Positions 1 to 12,431 of a stretch of DNA of 64,000 bases are shown piece by piece. The position numbers and the translations under genes were made by a program. The notes under the pieces are model-generated. The model was not told where the DNA came from. It saw nothing but the letters and a program-made list of their open reading frames with translations, and ran no database searches. Each line of letters starts with the position of its first letter. Within the stretch, counting starts at the first letter, position 1. The stretch is from Piromyces finnis finn (lineage: Eukaryota > Fungi > Neocallimastigomycota), in assembly GCA_002104945.1 (NCBI GenBank), contig MCFH01000016.1, forward strand, positions 744,001 through 808,000, given 5' to 3'.

Positions 1-224
1 AAATTTTAGCGTTTATTTTAATAAAGTGATATTATTTTAAATTACAGTGCTATTTATGGCGAATTTAAGGATTTTGAAAATAAATAAATTAAAATGTTAG
101 GGTTTATATATATAATACCGAATGTTATTGTTATTCTTATTATTATATATTATATGTCATACAACAATAATAAAAAAAAAAAAAAATAGTAGATATTTTA
201 ATTATTTTTTTTTCTTTTATTCAT

Positions 225-851
225 TTAACAATAGTGATTTCTTTTATCTCTACTTCCAATGTTTGTTTTAGCAAAAAATACAGCAATTGCAATTATTAAT
301 GCATTATCAACATCAGATGCCATTTCAATAGAATATCTACTTTCAGTATCTATTAAGAATGAATTTGCATCCATTAATTCAACAATCTTTGCAACCATTG
401 GTGAACCTTCTTTTTCTTTTCCTTGGAAGATTCCACATGATCCAAAAAATCCATCACAATTCATATCAAGAACTTCATTTTTTTCTGTTGCTTGATTGTA
501 AAACTCAACAGAAAACTTGATGGCAACAGTGGAATTCTTTGGAGTAATAGTAGCTAAAATATCTTTATCATCTTTTCCTTTATAGATTTTTGTTTTAGAA
601 GAAAATAATTTTTCACGAAAATTAAATAATGGTTTATTGTTATTATCATAGACAACTCTATAGGAATCACCTTTATTACATTTGAAATATTCAATCCCAT
701 CACTACCTACAAATTTAAAATCACAATCATTTGTTTCTGGATTATCAATTAATAATAAATTCATATATTGTTTAAAGGTAAATCCTTCAAGAACACTGAT
801 TTCATTTTTTGGTTGAGATACAATTTCCGAATTGTAAGTTTTTAATTTCAT
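225..851 (-). CDS. LURP-one-related/Tubby-C-like protein (array copy 1, extended-tail subtype)
   Basis: 208 aa intronless ORF. Has the array motifs YFKC, GIFQGKEKEGSPMVAKI and YSIEMASDVDNALIIAIAV (beta-rich body plus C-terminal hydrophobic helix). Confidence 0.75.
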   Translation of the reverse strand: MKLKTYNSEIVSQPKNEISVLEGFTFKQYMNLLLIDNPETNDCDFKFVGSDGIEYFKCNKGDSYRVVYDNNNKPLFNFREKLFSSKTKIYKGKDDKDILATITPKNSTVAIKFSVEFYNQATEKNEVLDMNCDGFFGSCGIFQGKEKEGSPMVAKIVELMDANSFLIDTESRYSIEMASDVDNALIIAIAVFFAKTNIGSRDKRNHYC

Positions 852-1833
852 ATTTGATTATTTTTTTTTTAAAAAAAAATTAAATACAACAAAAAGTATT
901 AAAATTAATTTTTATTCATTTATTTATAAAAAAATATTAATTTATTTTATATTTTTTTTAATTAGATAAAATATTTTTTTAAAGTTGTACAAGGTGAATA
1001 ACTTTTTCATATTATAATAAAATGTTAATAACTTTTAAGAGAAAGATACTTTAAATATCTAAATTATTTATATATTTTTTTTTCATTTCCCATTCATATT
1101 TTATTTTATTGCTTTGATTTTATTATAAATAATTAAGCAAAATCTAATTGTTATTATAATGTTAATAAAATATTAAAAGCAATTTTAATTGTGATAATAA
1201 TAATGATAAATTAATGTATTAGAAGAAAAAAAAATATGGAATAAGAAAAATGATAGCCACTTTATCATTTTTATAATTAATTAACAAATAAAAAACATTA
1301 TGGTTTACTTGTATAAAATATGATTTAAATACTTTTTTAATATCCTAATATAGATTTTCTTTTTATTATTATTGTTATTATTATTATCTTCTATTGAATA
1401 TATTTATAATTTTTTTTTAATTAACTATATTATTAAAATCATTTAATCCTCTATTTTATTTTATATACTAAAAACCATTTTAATATAAAAGAATGAATAT
1501 TTTATTGTGAACTTATATATAAATAATTAAAGAAAAAGGGAGATAAGAAATGTTTTATTTACTCTATAATAAAATGTATAATTATTTGCTTTTATATTTG
1601 TATATTTTAAAATTTTAATTTTAAATTATTTTTACATTAATAAAATAAATATATAATAAAACAAAAGAAATAAATTATTTATCATAAAAGTATATACAAT
1701 AAATTATAACAATTTTTTTTCTTTAAAAATATTAATAAATCATATTTTAAAAGATTACTAATTTTAATAGATAACTAAATATTTGTATTTTACCATTTAC
1801 AATTATTAGTGTTTTGATTAATTTAAATATACA

Positions 1834-1875
<42 letters not shown>

Positions 1876-1921
1876 TTCATATTATATTATTGCGTTTTTT
1901 TTTTTTATTTATTTATTTTTC

Positions 1922-2527
1922 TTATTCTTTCTTTAATTGGTCGAAACAAATGGTTGCAGCGACAATTAAAGCAATATCAACACCTGGTGCAATTTCGACA
2001 TAATAATTACTTTCTGATGATAAAATTGACGCATTTATTTTTCTTGTAATTTTACAAACCATTGGAGCACCTTCTTTTTCTTTACCATAGAAAATACCAC
2101 ATGAACTACCCATTATATTACATTTCATATCAAGGAATTCATTCTTATCTTGTGCTTGATTAAAGAATTCTAGGGTATATTTATTAAGATTCATCATATT
2201 TTTTTGGTTAATTGTGGCAATAACTTTTTCAGAATTACTACCAAGATATATTGTTGATTTATCTTTAAGGGATAAAAGTTGATTCTTTATATTAAGTATA
2301 GGTATTTCGTACAAGTCGTATAAAACTTTTTTATCGGTAATATTTAAAGAATTTCCTTTACATCTGAAATAGTCTCTTCCTTCAACATCTTTAATTGTAA
2401 AATCTTTTGAAGACAAAGATAATTTAGTGTTAATCACAAGAGTAATAGGTTTATTAAATACAAAACGACTTTCTACAGCAACAATATTATTTGGTGGTTC
2501 AATAACTGCATTATCTTGATAACCCAT
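1922..2527 (-). CDS. LURP-one-related/Tubby-C-like protein (copy 2, canonical subtype)
   Basis: 201 aa. SSKDFTIKDVEGRDYFRCKG...KKVLYDLYEIPILNI at the N-terminus and YYVEIAPGVDIALIVAATICFD at the C-terminus match my recollection of LURP/DUF567. Confidence 0.85.
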   Translation of the reverse strand: MGYQDNAVIEPPNNIVAVESRFVFNKPITLVINTKLSLSSKDFTIKDVEGRDYFRCKGNSLNITDKKVLYDLYEIPILNIKNQLLSLKDKSTIYLGSNSEKVIATINQKNMMNLNKYTLEFFNQAQDKNEFLDMKCNIMGSSCGIFYGKEKEGAPMVCKITRKINASILSSESNYYVEIAPGVDIALIVAATICFDQLKKE

Positions 2528-3442
2528 TGTATTTATTTTTTATTCAGTTAACTTAATTTTTTTTTTATATTTATATATCATATCACAAATTAAAAATTTA
2601 TAAAATTTTTAATATTATACCAAAGTTTAAAAAATAAGTATTTGATTTACTTTACTAATATAAAATATATATTAATAAGATTAATAAGGATTAAATATAT
2701 TTACAACCTCTAACAAATTTGAAGATTTTTCTAATTTTTCCTATTAACTTTTCATTTGGTATTAACTCAAATCAACTACAATTTTACAATAAAGAATGCC
2801 GAAAAAATTATTAATTATAAATCGTTATTATTATTCTAACTATTACTAATTAGTAATATATTTTTATTTATTATATTTGGAATATTTGGTTTGTATTTTA
2901 ACCTGTAAAAATTATGGTTCATTATTTAAAATGTAAAAAATTATAATAATCATTTACTATATTTAATATTTTTACTTTTATTGTAAAAAAAAAAAAAATT
3001 ACTGTTAAAATATGTATATGTATATATATATAGATTTGTATCTTCCGTAGTTTAAAAGGGAAACTCTATATAAATAATAATATAACTTAATAATGTGTAT
3101 TTTATTAATTATCAATAAAATTTGATATTTTAAAAATTTAAATTTATTTTTACATTTATATTTACATTTATATTTAATAATACAATAAACATTTATTTAT
3201 AAGATTAACATTAACATTTCATTTTCAAAAAAAAAAAAAATATTATTGACAATGAATATTTAATATTATTAATAAACAAGCTATTTATTAATAACATTTA
3301 ATAGTTTGAATAATTAAATATAAATTAATGTATATTTACAAAAATTGAATATAATTACAACTTAAAAATACAAATAATACAGTTTTTTTTTTTATTATAA
3401 TAATTATCTAATATTTGATATAACTGCTAAATTGAAATGAGA

Positions 3443-4099
3443 TTAATAAAATTGACTATTAGGATCTATATTGTATGGATCAGAATCTTTTATTCTGTCC
3501 CTTCTTGTTATGAAATTCATTTCAGCAAAACTTATTGCTAACGCTATAATAATTACAATGTCCACACCTTCTGAAATTTCTATTGTATATTCTTTATCAC
3601 AATATGTAATAAAGGTATTAGCATCCATTATTTCTCTAATTTTACAAATCATTGGTGCCCCTTCCTTTTCTTTACCATAAAATATACCACATGAACAGTT
3701 AAATTTATCATTTAATATATTTAAAATTTCTTGCTTTTTTGTGAATTGATTATAAAATTCAACAATGGTAGTATCTGGTTGAACTGAAGCAATCATTTCT
3801 TTATCTTCGTTTCCTTTATAAAATGCTATATGTGGAAAAATCATGCTATGTCTTATATTTAAAATGGGTTTCTTATAAATATCATATATAATTTTTGTTT
3901 GTCCATCCTTTTTAATATTAAAATAATTTTTATTATGAATATTGTTCACTGTAAAAGCATATTTTGATTTAGAATCCTTATCTAGAAATTGTTTTAAAAA
4001 GAAAGTTTTCGTGTCATTATAAATAAAGTCTTCATCCACTGCAACAATAGTATTTTCTGGTTTACTTATTTTTTCTGCGTCGTATGTTTTTATTTTCAT
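3443..4099 (-). CDS. LURP-one-related/Tubby-C-like protein (copy 3, extended-tail subtype)
   Basis: 218 aa. GIFYGKEKEGAPMICKI and YTIEISEGVDIVIIIALAISF motifs; shares MKxxTY, MDANxF and FAEMNF with copy 4. Confidence 0.75.
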   Translation of the reverse strand: MKIKTYDAEKISKPENTIVAVDEDFIYNDTKTFFLKQFLDKDSKSKYAFTVNNIHNKNYFNIKKDGQTKIIYDIYKKPILNIRHSMIFPHIAFYKGNEDKEMIASVQPDTTIVEFYNQFTKKQEILNILNDKFNCSCGIFYGKEKEGAPMICKIREIMDANTFITYCDKEYTIEISEGVDIVIIIALAISFAEMNFITRRDRIKDSDPYNIDPNSQFY

Positions 4100-4274
4100 T
4101 TTATTTTATATTTAAATATGTTTAAATAATTAGATAAAAAAAAATTAAAAATTAATTAACTTAATTTATCAATAATTTTATATTTATTTTTATAAAATTT
4201 GATATTTTTCTAATCTAATCTATTATTTTTGTTACACAAATTATCTATTTTTTTTTTTAATTTTTACTCATTTT

Positions 4275-4308
<34 letters not shown>

Positions 4309-5242
4309 TTATATATATATTTTTAATTGAAAATGTGCCTTTTTTATATCTCTTACATTATTCTTATTAATAAAAACTAAATGAAATGAATTGTAATGTT
4401 TAATATAATTATCTATATAACTATGATAAAAAAAGGCTTAACCCATTTTATTTTTAAATTATAATATTAATATTATAAATATTATAAATAATGAAACGAA
4501 ATAACTGATATAATATTTTATTATTATAAACTTGGAAATAGTAAATAACAACTTATAAAAAATATTATTTTAATAACTATTATAAATTAATAGAGAAACT
4601 ATCATCATATATCATATATTATTTTTTGTAGAGTTTTTTTGACTATAAATAAATAATGGAAAATATTATATATTTTTTTTTTATAAAAATAAATAATAAA
4701 AATTTTTAATACATTATTTCTCATTTTTAATTTAGTTATTGCGTTAAGAAATTAATCTGTTGACTAAATGTAGTACATTTTAATAATGATATTATATAAA
4801 AATAAATTAATGTAGAATTGATGTTAATATAATTTTAATATAGCCTTTTTAATGTAAATAAAAGATTTTAATATATATTAATTAAAATCTTTGTATATTA
4901 GAATTACTTATAATATATAATGAAATATATGGTATATAGTTACACAGTATAAATATAAATACTTAGCAAAATATTAATATTTATACTTTGAAATATTCAT
5001 TATTAACAGTCAAATAATAAAAAGTATTATATATACTTTATTAATATATAATTTTATAATAAATGAAACCTATATATAGTCTAATATAATAACAATAGTA
5101 ATAAATAATATTTCTAAATATATTATATATATTAATCATTATTTAAGAATTGTAAAAAAAAAATTTAAAATAAAATAGTTTTCTTTTTATTATTTTATTT
5201 TATTCATGCATAATTAAATTTATAGAAAGTTATAAAAAGAAT

Positions 5243-7144
5243 ATGGCATTAAAGAAAAAAATGAATGTAAAGAAATTAGTTATAGCAATATCAACAACTG
5301 TAATTACAGTTGCTGCTATGTTTATTATTTCTCTTATTATTACGAAAGCACCAGAACCAGAACCAACACCTGAAGGAGAAGAAGAAAAGAAATATACTCG
5401 TTACAGACTTTTATCAATTTTACCACCTTTAGTAGCTATTATCTTAGCTTTTATTACAAAACAGACTATTTTATCTTTATTTATTGGTGTTTTAGTTGGT
5501 GAATTTATGGTAAGCGTAGAAAACTTAAATATTGTAAGTAGTCTTGTAAATGCTTTCCTAGCTATGGCTTCTACTATTGTTTCCAAAATGTCAGACAATT
5601 GGAATGCAGGTATTGTACTTCAATGTCTTCTTATCGGAGGTATTATTCAATTAGTTACAAAAATGGGAGGTGCTAAAGCTTTAGCTAACAAATTAGCCAA
5701 ATATGCTAATACACCAAGAAAAGCACAAATTGTTACTGAAATAATAGGTTTATTAGTATTTTTCGATGATTATGCTAATTCTTTAATTGTTGGACCTATT
5801 ATGAGACCAGTTATGACTAAACTTAAAATTTCAAAAGAAAAATTAGCATTTATTGTTGATGCTACAGCTGCTCCAGTAGCCGGTATTGCTATTGTTTCAA
5901 CTTGGATTGGTTTAGAAATTAGTTTAATTAGTGACGGTTATAAATCCATTGGTCAAGATGTAAGTGGTTTTGGCGTGTTTTTAAAAACTATTCCATTCCG
6001 TTTCTACAATATTTTAATTTTGATTTTTGTCGCTATGTCATCTTTAACTTTACGTGAATTTGGTCCAATGAAAAAAGCTGAACGTAGAGCTCGTAAAAGT
6101 GAAGATGATAATGAAAAAGAACAAAAACTTAGTTCTGAATTTGAAGAAGCAAAACCAAAGGAAGGTGTTAAATTATCTATATGGAATGCAATTATTCCAA
6201 TTGGAACTTTAATTATTGGTGCTCTTATTGCTTTCTACTGGAGTGGATACACTACTATTATTGACGATAAAGAAAATGAACATTATGATTTAATGAAAAA
6301 TTCACCAGTATCATTTAAGGGTATTTTTGAAGCTTTATCTGCTTCTGATGCTTCTGTTGCTTTATTCCAATCTGCTTTACTTGCATCTATTGTGGGTATC
6401 CTTATGGCCGTAATTCAAAAAATTATGACAGTAGAAGAAGCCATTAATGAATGGATTAATGGTATGAAAACTATTGTTATTACTGGTGTTATTTTATTAC
6501 TTGCTTGGTCATTAGGTGGTGTTATTGGTGAATTAGGTACTGCTCAATTCTTAGTTAATATTTTGAAGAATGCCATTCCAAAATTTATTTTACCAACAAT
6601 TATCTTCATATTGAGTGCTATTATTTCTTTTGCCACAGGAACTTCATATGGTACAATGGGTATTTTAATGCCTTTAACTATTCCATTAGCTTGGGCTGTT
6701 AATGCTAATGATGGCTATGTTGTTACATGTACTAGTGGTGTATTAACTGGTGCTATTTTCGGTGACCACTGTTCCCCAATTTCTGATACTACTATTTTAT
6801 CTTCTATGGGTACTGGTTGTAATCACATTGATCACGTTCAAACTCAAATTTATTATGCTCTTTATGTTGCTGTAATTTCTATTGTTATTGGATATATTCC
6901 AGCTGGTTTTGGTATTCCATGGTATATTTCTATTCCGGTTGCTATTGTTGTTATGTATATTGGTTTAAGATTAATTGGTGAAAAAGTTCCATTCGAAAAT
7001 GAATCAGAAATACTTAATAAAAGTGATGAAACTTTAGCCACTATTAACAATGAAATAGATAATGGATTAAACAAAAAAGATAATATCATTGATATATCAG
7101 AAGCTTATTCTGAAGCTAATAAACCAATAAGAAAAGAAGATTAA
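5243..7144 (+). CDS. NhaC-family (Na+/H+ antiporter / amino-acid transporter-like) membrane protein, prokaryotic type
   Basis: 633 aa, many hydrophobic segments, no introns. Family motifs LPPLVAIILAF, FFDDYAN, LAFIVDATAAP, SFATGTSYGT and GAIFGDHCSPISDTTILSS. Confidence 0.9.
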   Translation: MALKKKMNVKKLVIAISTTVITVAAMFIISLIITKAPEPEPTPEGEEEKKYTRYRLLSILPPLVAIILAFITKQTILSLFIGVLVGEFMVSVENLNIVSSLVNAFLAMASTIVSKMSDNWNAGIVLQCLLIGGIIQLVTKMGGAKALANKLAKYANTPRKAQIVTEIIGLLVFFDDYANSLIVGPIMRPVMTKLKISKEKLAFIVDATAAPVAGIAIVSTWIGLEISLISDGYKSIGQDVSGFGVFLKTIPFRFYNILILIFVAMSSLTLREFGPMKKAERRARKSEDDNEKEQKLSSEFEEAKPKEGVKLSIWNAIIPIGTLIIGALIAFYWSGYTTIIDDKENEHYDLMKNSPVSFKGIFEALSASDASVALFQSALLASIVGILMAVIQKIMTVEEAINEWINGMKTIVITGVILLLAWSLGGVIGELGTAQFLVNILKNAIPKFILPTIIFILSAIISFATGTSYGTMGILMPLTIPLAWAVNANDGYVVTCTSGVLTGAIFGDHCSPISDTTILSSMGTGCNHIDHVQTQIYYALYVAVISIVIGYIPAGFGIPWYISIPVAIVVMYIGLRLIGEKVPFENESEILNKSDETLATINNEIDNGLNKKDNIIDISEAYSEANKPIRKED

Positions 7145-7780
7145 CCGATATAAAGCGTTTTTCTTTATTATGATTATAGAGTACAATAGAATTCAATAAT
7201 TTAAGTTTTATATACATACAATTTCTATAATCAACAATATTACAAAAAAAAATAAAAAATTGTGTTAATATAAACTAAAATAAACGTTATTTATTGTAAA
7301 ATCTTTTTTTTTATTTCTCTTTATATTCATTTTTTTTAAAAAAAAAAAAAAATAATAATAATATATATAAAAGTTTTATGTAAAAAATTAGCTATATAAA
7401 TTTAAATATTTAAAAGTAATAAAAATTATATATTTCTATAAATCCATTTTCATATAATTTTTAATCCATTTAAATTTTAAACAAAAAATTAAAGAAATTG
7501 TTAGATTTATTAAATGTAATATTTATTATCATCATTTAATTATTTATTTATATATTATTGGGAATTATGTAATAATACTTTTAGTACATTATGTTTTATG
7601 TTTTAGTAATGTTCAAAAAAAATAGGATATAAAATATAGTTAATTGAATATTAAATTATATATAAAATTAATGGAATTTCCTTATATTTTATAGGAATAT
7701 TATTATAGAAATAAAATATATATAAAATGCTAAAATGCATTTTTCGTCTTTATATGATTTTGTATTTTTATCTTTTATTT

Positions 7781-8434
7781 TTAACGAGTTAAATCACTGT
7801 AATTTAATCTATTTTTTCTGTTATGGAAATTCATTTCAGCAAAGTAGATGGCAAGTCCAATAATCAAAGTATTATCTACTTTAGCAGCAATATCTATGAT
7901 ATATTTTTTATTACAATGGGTCATGAAAGAATTAGCATCCATGACTTCTCTAAATTTTGCTACCATTGGTGCACCTTTCTTTTCAGTTCCATAAAATATA
8001 CCACATGAACAATAATATTTATCTGCATTCATATCAAAAGAATCGTTTAATTGAGTAGTTTGATTAACGAATTGAAATTCACATTTTTCAGCAACTGTAG
8101 AACCTTTTGATAAATAAGAACCAATAAGTTTTTGGTCATCTTCACCACCATAAATATTAATTTGGAGTGGAAGGAAAGTTATTTGAATATTCATTAAAGG
8201 GACATTATTTATATCATAAATTACCAATTTTTTATTAGAAATCTTTACACATTTAAAATATTCAATGTTATTAGAATCAGTTATAATATAATCATATTTT
8301 GAAGTTCTTGGCTCTTCTAAAAATTGTTCTAAAAATAATGTAACTGGTTGTTGAAAAACGAAATTTTTATCATATATTACTATTTCATCATTTGGGTTTG
8401 TAATTGAAAGTTTATCATAAGTATGAATCTTCAT
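7781..8434 (-). CDS. LURP-one-related/Tubby-C-like protein (copy 4, extended-tail subtype)
   Basis: 217 aa. GIFYGTEKKGAPMVAKF and YIIDIAAKVDNTLIIGLAIYF motifs. Confidence 0.75.
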   Translation of the reverse strand: MKIHTYDKLSITNPNDEIVIYDKNFVFQQPVTLFLEQFLEEPRTSKYDYIITDSNNIEYFKCVKISNKKLVIYDINNVPLMNIQITFLPLQINIYGGEDDQKLIGSYLSKGSTVAEKCEFQFVNQTTQLNDSFDMNADKYYCSCGIFYGTEKKGAPMVAKFREVMDANSFMTHCNKKYIIDIAAKVDNTLIIGLAIYFAEMNFHNRKNRLNYSDLTR

Positions 8435-9224
8435 GATTATTTATTGAATATATTTTTTTTTATAAAAAAAAAAGGATATTATATTTTTTAATATAAAAAT
8501 TAAAATTTAATAAATTTTTAAAAACAATACAGAAAATTTTTATGATTTCTGGTTTTTACTTAATAAACTGTATTGAATCTTTTGGTATTACTATCACATT
8601 TTTTATATAAATAATTTTTCATACAATCTATATAAATCACAATTCATTAACAATTATAATAAAAAATGTATCTATCTATATATATATTACTATATAAATA
8701 AAAATCTACGAAATAAATATTGCTATTTCAATATGAAATACATTTAAACTTTGAAAAAAATAAAAAATCTTCTTTTCTTTTTATTATTAGATAAAATAAA
8801 ATAAACCATTACTTTTATGTATCTATTAATAAAGATAATTTTTGTTGTTGTTTTTCATAAAATCTACATTAAACTCTGATAAATTATAGATGGAAAACAA
8901 GTTTTTATTCAACATTTGTTACTATATTCTAATTTATAGTAACAGATGCTAAATAGGTAAGGTAAGGTTTCCCATAATTTAGCAAAATTTAAAAAAAGAT
9001 GTCTTTACCATATATAATGATAATTAAGAAAATTTAATTATGAAAAATAGCTGTTTTAATAAATTTATCACTAGCATTAAGTATATATTTTTTATAAAAA
9101 CTTAGGCCCAATTAATTAAATAACACATATTTATTTATAATAAAATAATAAAACTTTCTTATTTATTTTATTTCTTTTACCAAAAATATCCATATATAAT
9201 GATAAAAAATATTTTAAAAGATAT

Positions 9225-9248
9225 AACAACAACAACAACAACAACAAC

Positions 9249-9291
<43 letters not shown>
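9225..9291. repeat. Compound (CAA)n(TAA)n microsatellite
   Basis: Directly visible tandem trinucleotides. Confidence 0.9.
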
Positions 9292-9295
<4 letters not shown>

Positions 9296-10733
9296 TCTCA
9301 TTCTTTATATATTTCAAATATTGGTATTCAATAAATATAATTCTATATTTATATATTTAAATTTTATTTTTCATTTTTTTATATGTATGAGAATATATTT
9401 TTTATTTTTTTTATAAATATATTATTAAAATTATTTCTAGAACATTATAAAAATGGTTTTATTTACAACTGTCTTTAACATTAAAGACAATTGTTATTTT
9501 TTTTTTTTTTAATTTTTTTTCTTTTTATTTTATTAAGATGAATATATTGTTGAAATTAATTTTATTTCTTTTAATATTTTTTAATATCTATTATTACTTT
9601 TTTTTTTCCCATAATATATTTATTTAGATGAGCTACAACTATTTGACCTTTAATTGCATTTTTTATCCTAATTTTATCCATAAATTTATATTAATATTTC
9701 TTAATGTTGTTGTTGTTGTTATTGCTGTTTTTGGAAAGTTCCTTCTCCTGAATTAATATTTTTTGTTTTCATTAAATATGAAATTTTATTAACCATTCAC
9801 AAAACAATATTTTATCACAATCACTAAGAATTACAAATAACACAAAATTTGCATTTTATTACAGTTTATTATAATGTTATATAAATAATAACTATAAATG
9901 GAAGATCGATAAAACACATTTATATTAATTTTCTTTTTACTATTATTTTTTTATTTTTATTTATTTTTCTTATTTCTTTTTCTTTTTTTTTTTTTTTTTT
10001 TTTATTATTTGATTGATTGATTGATTTTCATTTCCATTGTAGGAAAATACAGAAAAAAAAGGTCAATTATTATTATTATTTCCTAATTATTAATTTATTA
10101 AATGTAAATAATTTTAACAATTGCCTTTTCTTTTTTTTGTAATGAAATTTTAAATTTTATTAGTTTTATTTTTTTATAATATTATTAACACCAAAATAAA
10201 ATTACAAAAGCATCATTATGTAATTATTGTGTATTATGAATTTGTGGTTCTTTCTTTTTACTTAATTTAATTACATCATAAAATACTTGAATATACTAGC
10301 AATATTCTTTACAAAATATGCTTTATATATATTGGATTTTGATAGAATACTATAAAGTTTATATTAAATAATATAATTTTATAATTTTATCAAAGGCATT
10401 ATAAATTTACTATATTATTTTAAGATTTACATTTTCTATGATTTTTATAAATACATATTGATAAGGGATATTTATGGAAAATTTAAATATATCGATATTT
10501 GAAAAATATTACCATGATAAATATTTATTAGATTTGGTAAATTTTCAGGTGTATTATCATTTTTTATCTTTTAATATCTTTTAAAAAAAAGGTTTTATTC
10601 TTTATTCCTAATAAATGAATAAAGACCGATTCTTTATAAATATTTTTTTTTATATTTTATGGAATACTTAATTTAAAATGTGTTTTTATAGATAATATCT
10701 TTTATCATTCAATTTTTAGATTTTACAATTCAT

Positions 10734-11336
10734 TTACATGTATCTGTCTCTTCTAGGTGGAATTACTGGTGAGGGATTATTAGGAAGTGGCATATTTCTA
10801 TTCATATTCATATTCATATTCATATTATTCATGTTCATGTTCATATTCATATTCATATTATTTCTATTCATGTTCATATTATTCATGTTCATATTCATGT
10901 TCATATTATTCATGTTCATGTTATTCATATTCATATTATTCATGTTCATGTTATTCATGTTCATGTTATTCATATTCATGTTATTCATGTTCATGTTCAT
11001 ATTCATGTTCATATTCATGTTCATATTTCCATTCATTGGTAATGGACCGCTATTAAAACGTGGTCTTTGCATTTGCATATTATATTGTTGTTGATTATAC
11101 ATAGGTTGACTATTATATCTTGGCGATTGATTCATGAAAGGTTGATTCATTTGCATATTCATATTTCCATTATACATGTTATTTTTATTAATAATTTGAT
11201 TTGGATTTGGCTTTCCTGTAATTCTTTGTGGTGGTGGTCTAGCATTAGTTTTATCAACATCGAATATTGGAGTACCGGTTGGTGGTGGTGGTACGTATTC
11301 ATCTGCCATATTAGCCATCTTTTTTCTATTACTCAT
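10734..11336 (-). CDS. Pro-rich plus Met/Asn/Gln low-complexity (prion-like) hypothetical protein
   Basis: 200 aa open frame, GC richer than its flanks, non-repetitive N- and C-ends around an (MN)n tract. It may continue through an intron (GTAAAT overlaps the stop codon). Confidence 0.6.
   Translation of the reverse strand: MSNRKKMANMADEYVPPPPTGTPIFDVDKTNARPPPQRITGKPNPNQIINKNNMYNGNMNMQMNQPFMNQSPRYNSQPMYNQQQYNMQMQRPRFNSGPLPMNGNMNMNMNMNMNMNMNNMNMNNMNMNNMNMNNMNMNNMNMNNMNMNMNMNNMNMNRNNMNMNMNMNMNNMNMNMNMNRNMPLPNNPSPVIPPRRDRYM
10797..11027 (-). repeat. Coding ATGAAT/ATGAAC(AAT) repeat encoding (MN)n/(MNN)n
   Basis: Imperfect 6/9-bp tandem repeat, seen as ttcata/ttcatg on the plus strand. Confidence 0.9.
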
Positions 11337-12125
11337 TTTCTAATTATTATGAAAAAAATATAATTTTTAATTTTATTTATAAATATATTATCTATTTATA
11401 TTTGTGTTCTTATTCATAATTAATACATTTCTCTAAATAAATTGTATTTTTTATATACATACGTTTAATTATTCTTTCTATATATTTAGTTATTTAAATT
11501 AATTTATAATTTATTTTTTAAATATAATATTGTTATTTAAATTTTACTTTAATCTCTTTTAAAAAAAATAATAAAATGCTATTTCAATTAGAAACGGTTA
11601 TAAAAAAAAAAGGAGTGTTTTTTTTTTTTTACAATACTAAATACAATTCTCTAACAAATATATAAAAAATATATTAAATTACATTAAGATAAATGAAATA
11701 CGAATATGTAATTTAATATATTTTATATTCAATTATTATTTATTTAATTAAATAAACTATTATATTTTATAATTAAATTTTGTATATTTATTAAAATTAA
11801 AGAAAATATAAAGTTTTTATAGTTTTTATGCTTTTTTAACACAAATTAGTTTTTAATAAATAAATATTTTTTATATTCAAAATACAATCAATAATTAATG
11901 TTATTATAAAACAAAAGTACCTTTTTTATTTTAATATATAGAATATTTAAAAAAAATGGTTAAATATAATAAATAATAGTAATATAATAATATAACCATA
12001 TTATTGGTTAATTTATATTATTAATTATAGTAAAAAAAATATTAAGAATTTTTTATAATAAATAAAATTTATTACTTATATTAAAAATTATATATCTTTT
12101 ACTTTATTAAATTATTATATTATAC

Positions 12126-12170
12126 TTATTTATTTATTTATGTATTTATTTATTTATTATTTATTTATTT

Positions 12171-12266
<96 letters not shown>

Positions 12267-12292
12267 TTATTTATTTATTTATTTATTTATTT

Positions 12293-12336
<44 letters not shown>

Positions 12337-12360
12337 TTAATTGATTGATTGATTGATTGA
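12126..12360. repeat. (TTTA)n microsatellite followed by a short (TTGA)n
   Basis: Directly visible; it explains the spurious ORF 12140..12340. Confidence 0.95.
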
Positions 12361-12431
12361 AATATTAATTTATTAATTTATTATTATTTCTATTAATTTA
12401 TATATTTTGGTTTAGTTTTTATAAATCTTTT

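Noticed and set aside
259-8008. Short antisense ORFs overlapping LURP and NhaC genes (259..495, 3471..3680, 5401..5598, 6862..7089, 7823..8008), and equivalents elsewhere
   Set aside because: Shadow frames of real genes on the opposite strand, with no independent motifs.
10738-11363. Plus-strand ORFs rich in FMFI, YSCS or HI
   Set aside because: Reverse-frame translations of the ATGAAY repeat.
12140-12340. YLFI-repeat ORF; likewise 28984..29172 poly-Y/I
   Set aside because: Translations of microsatellites.
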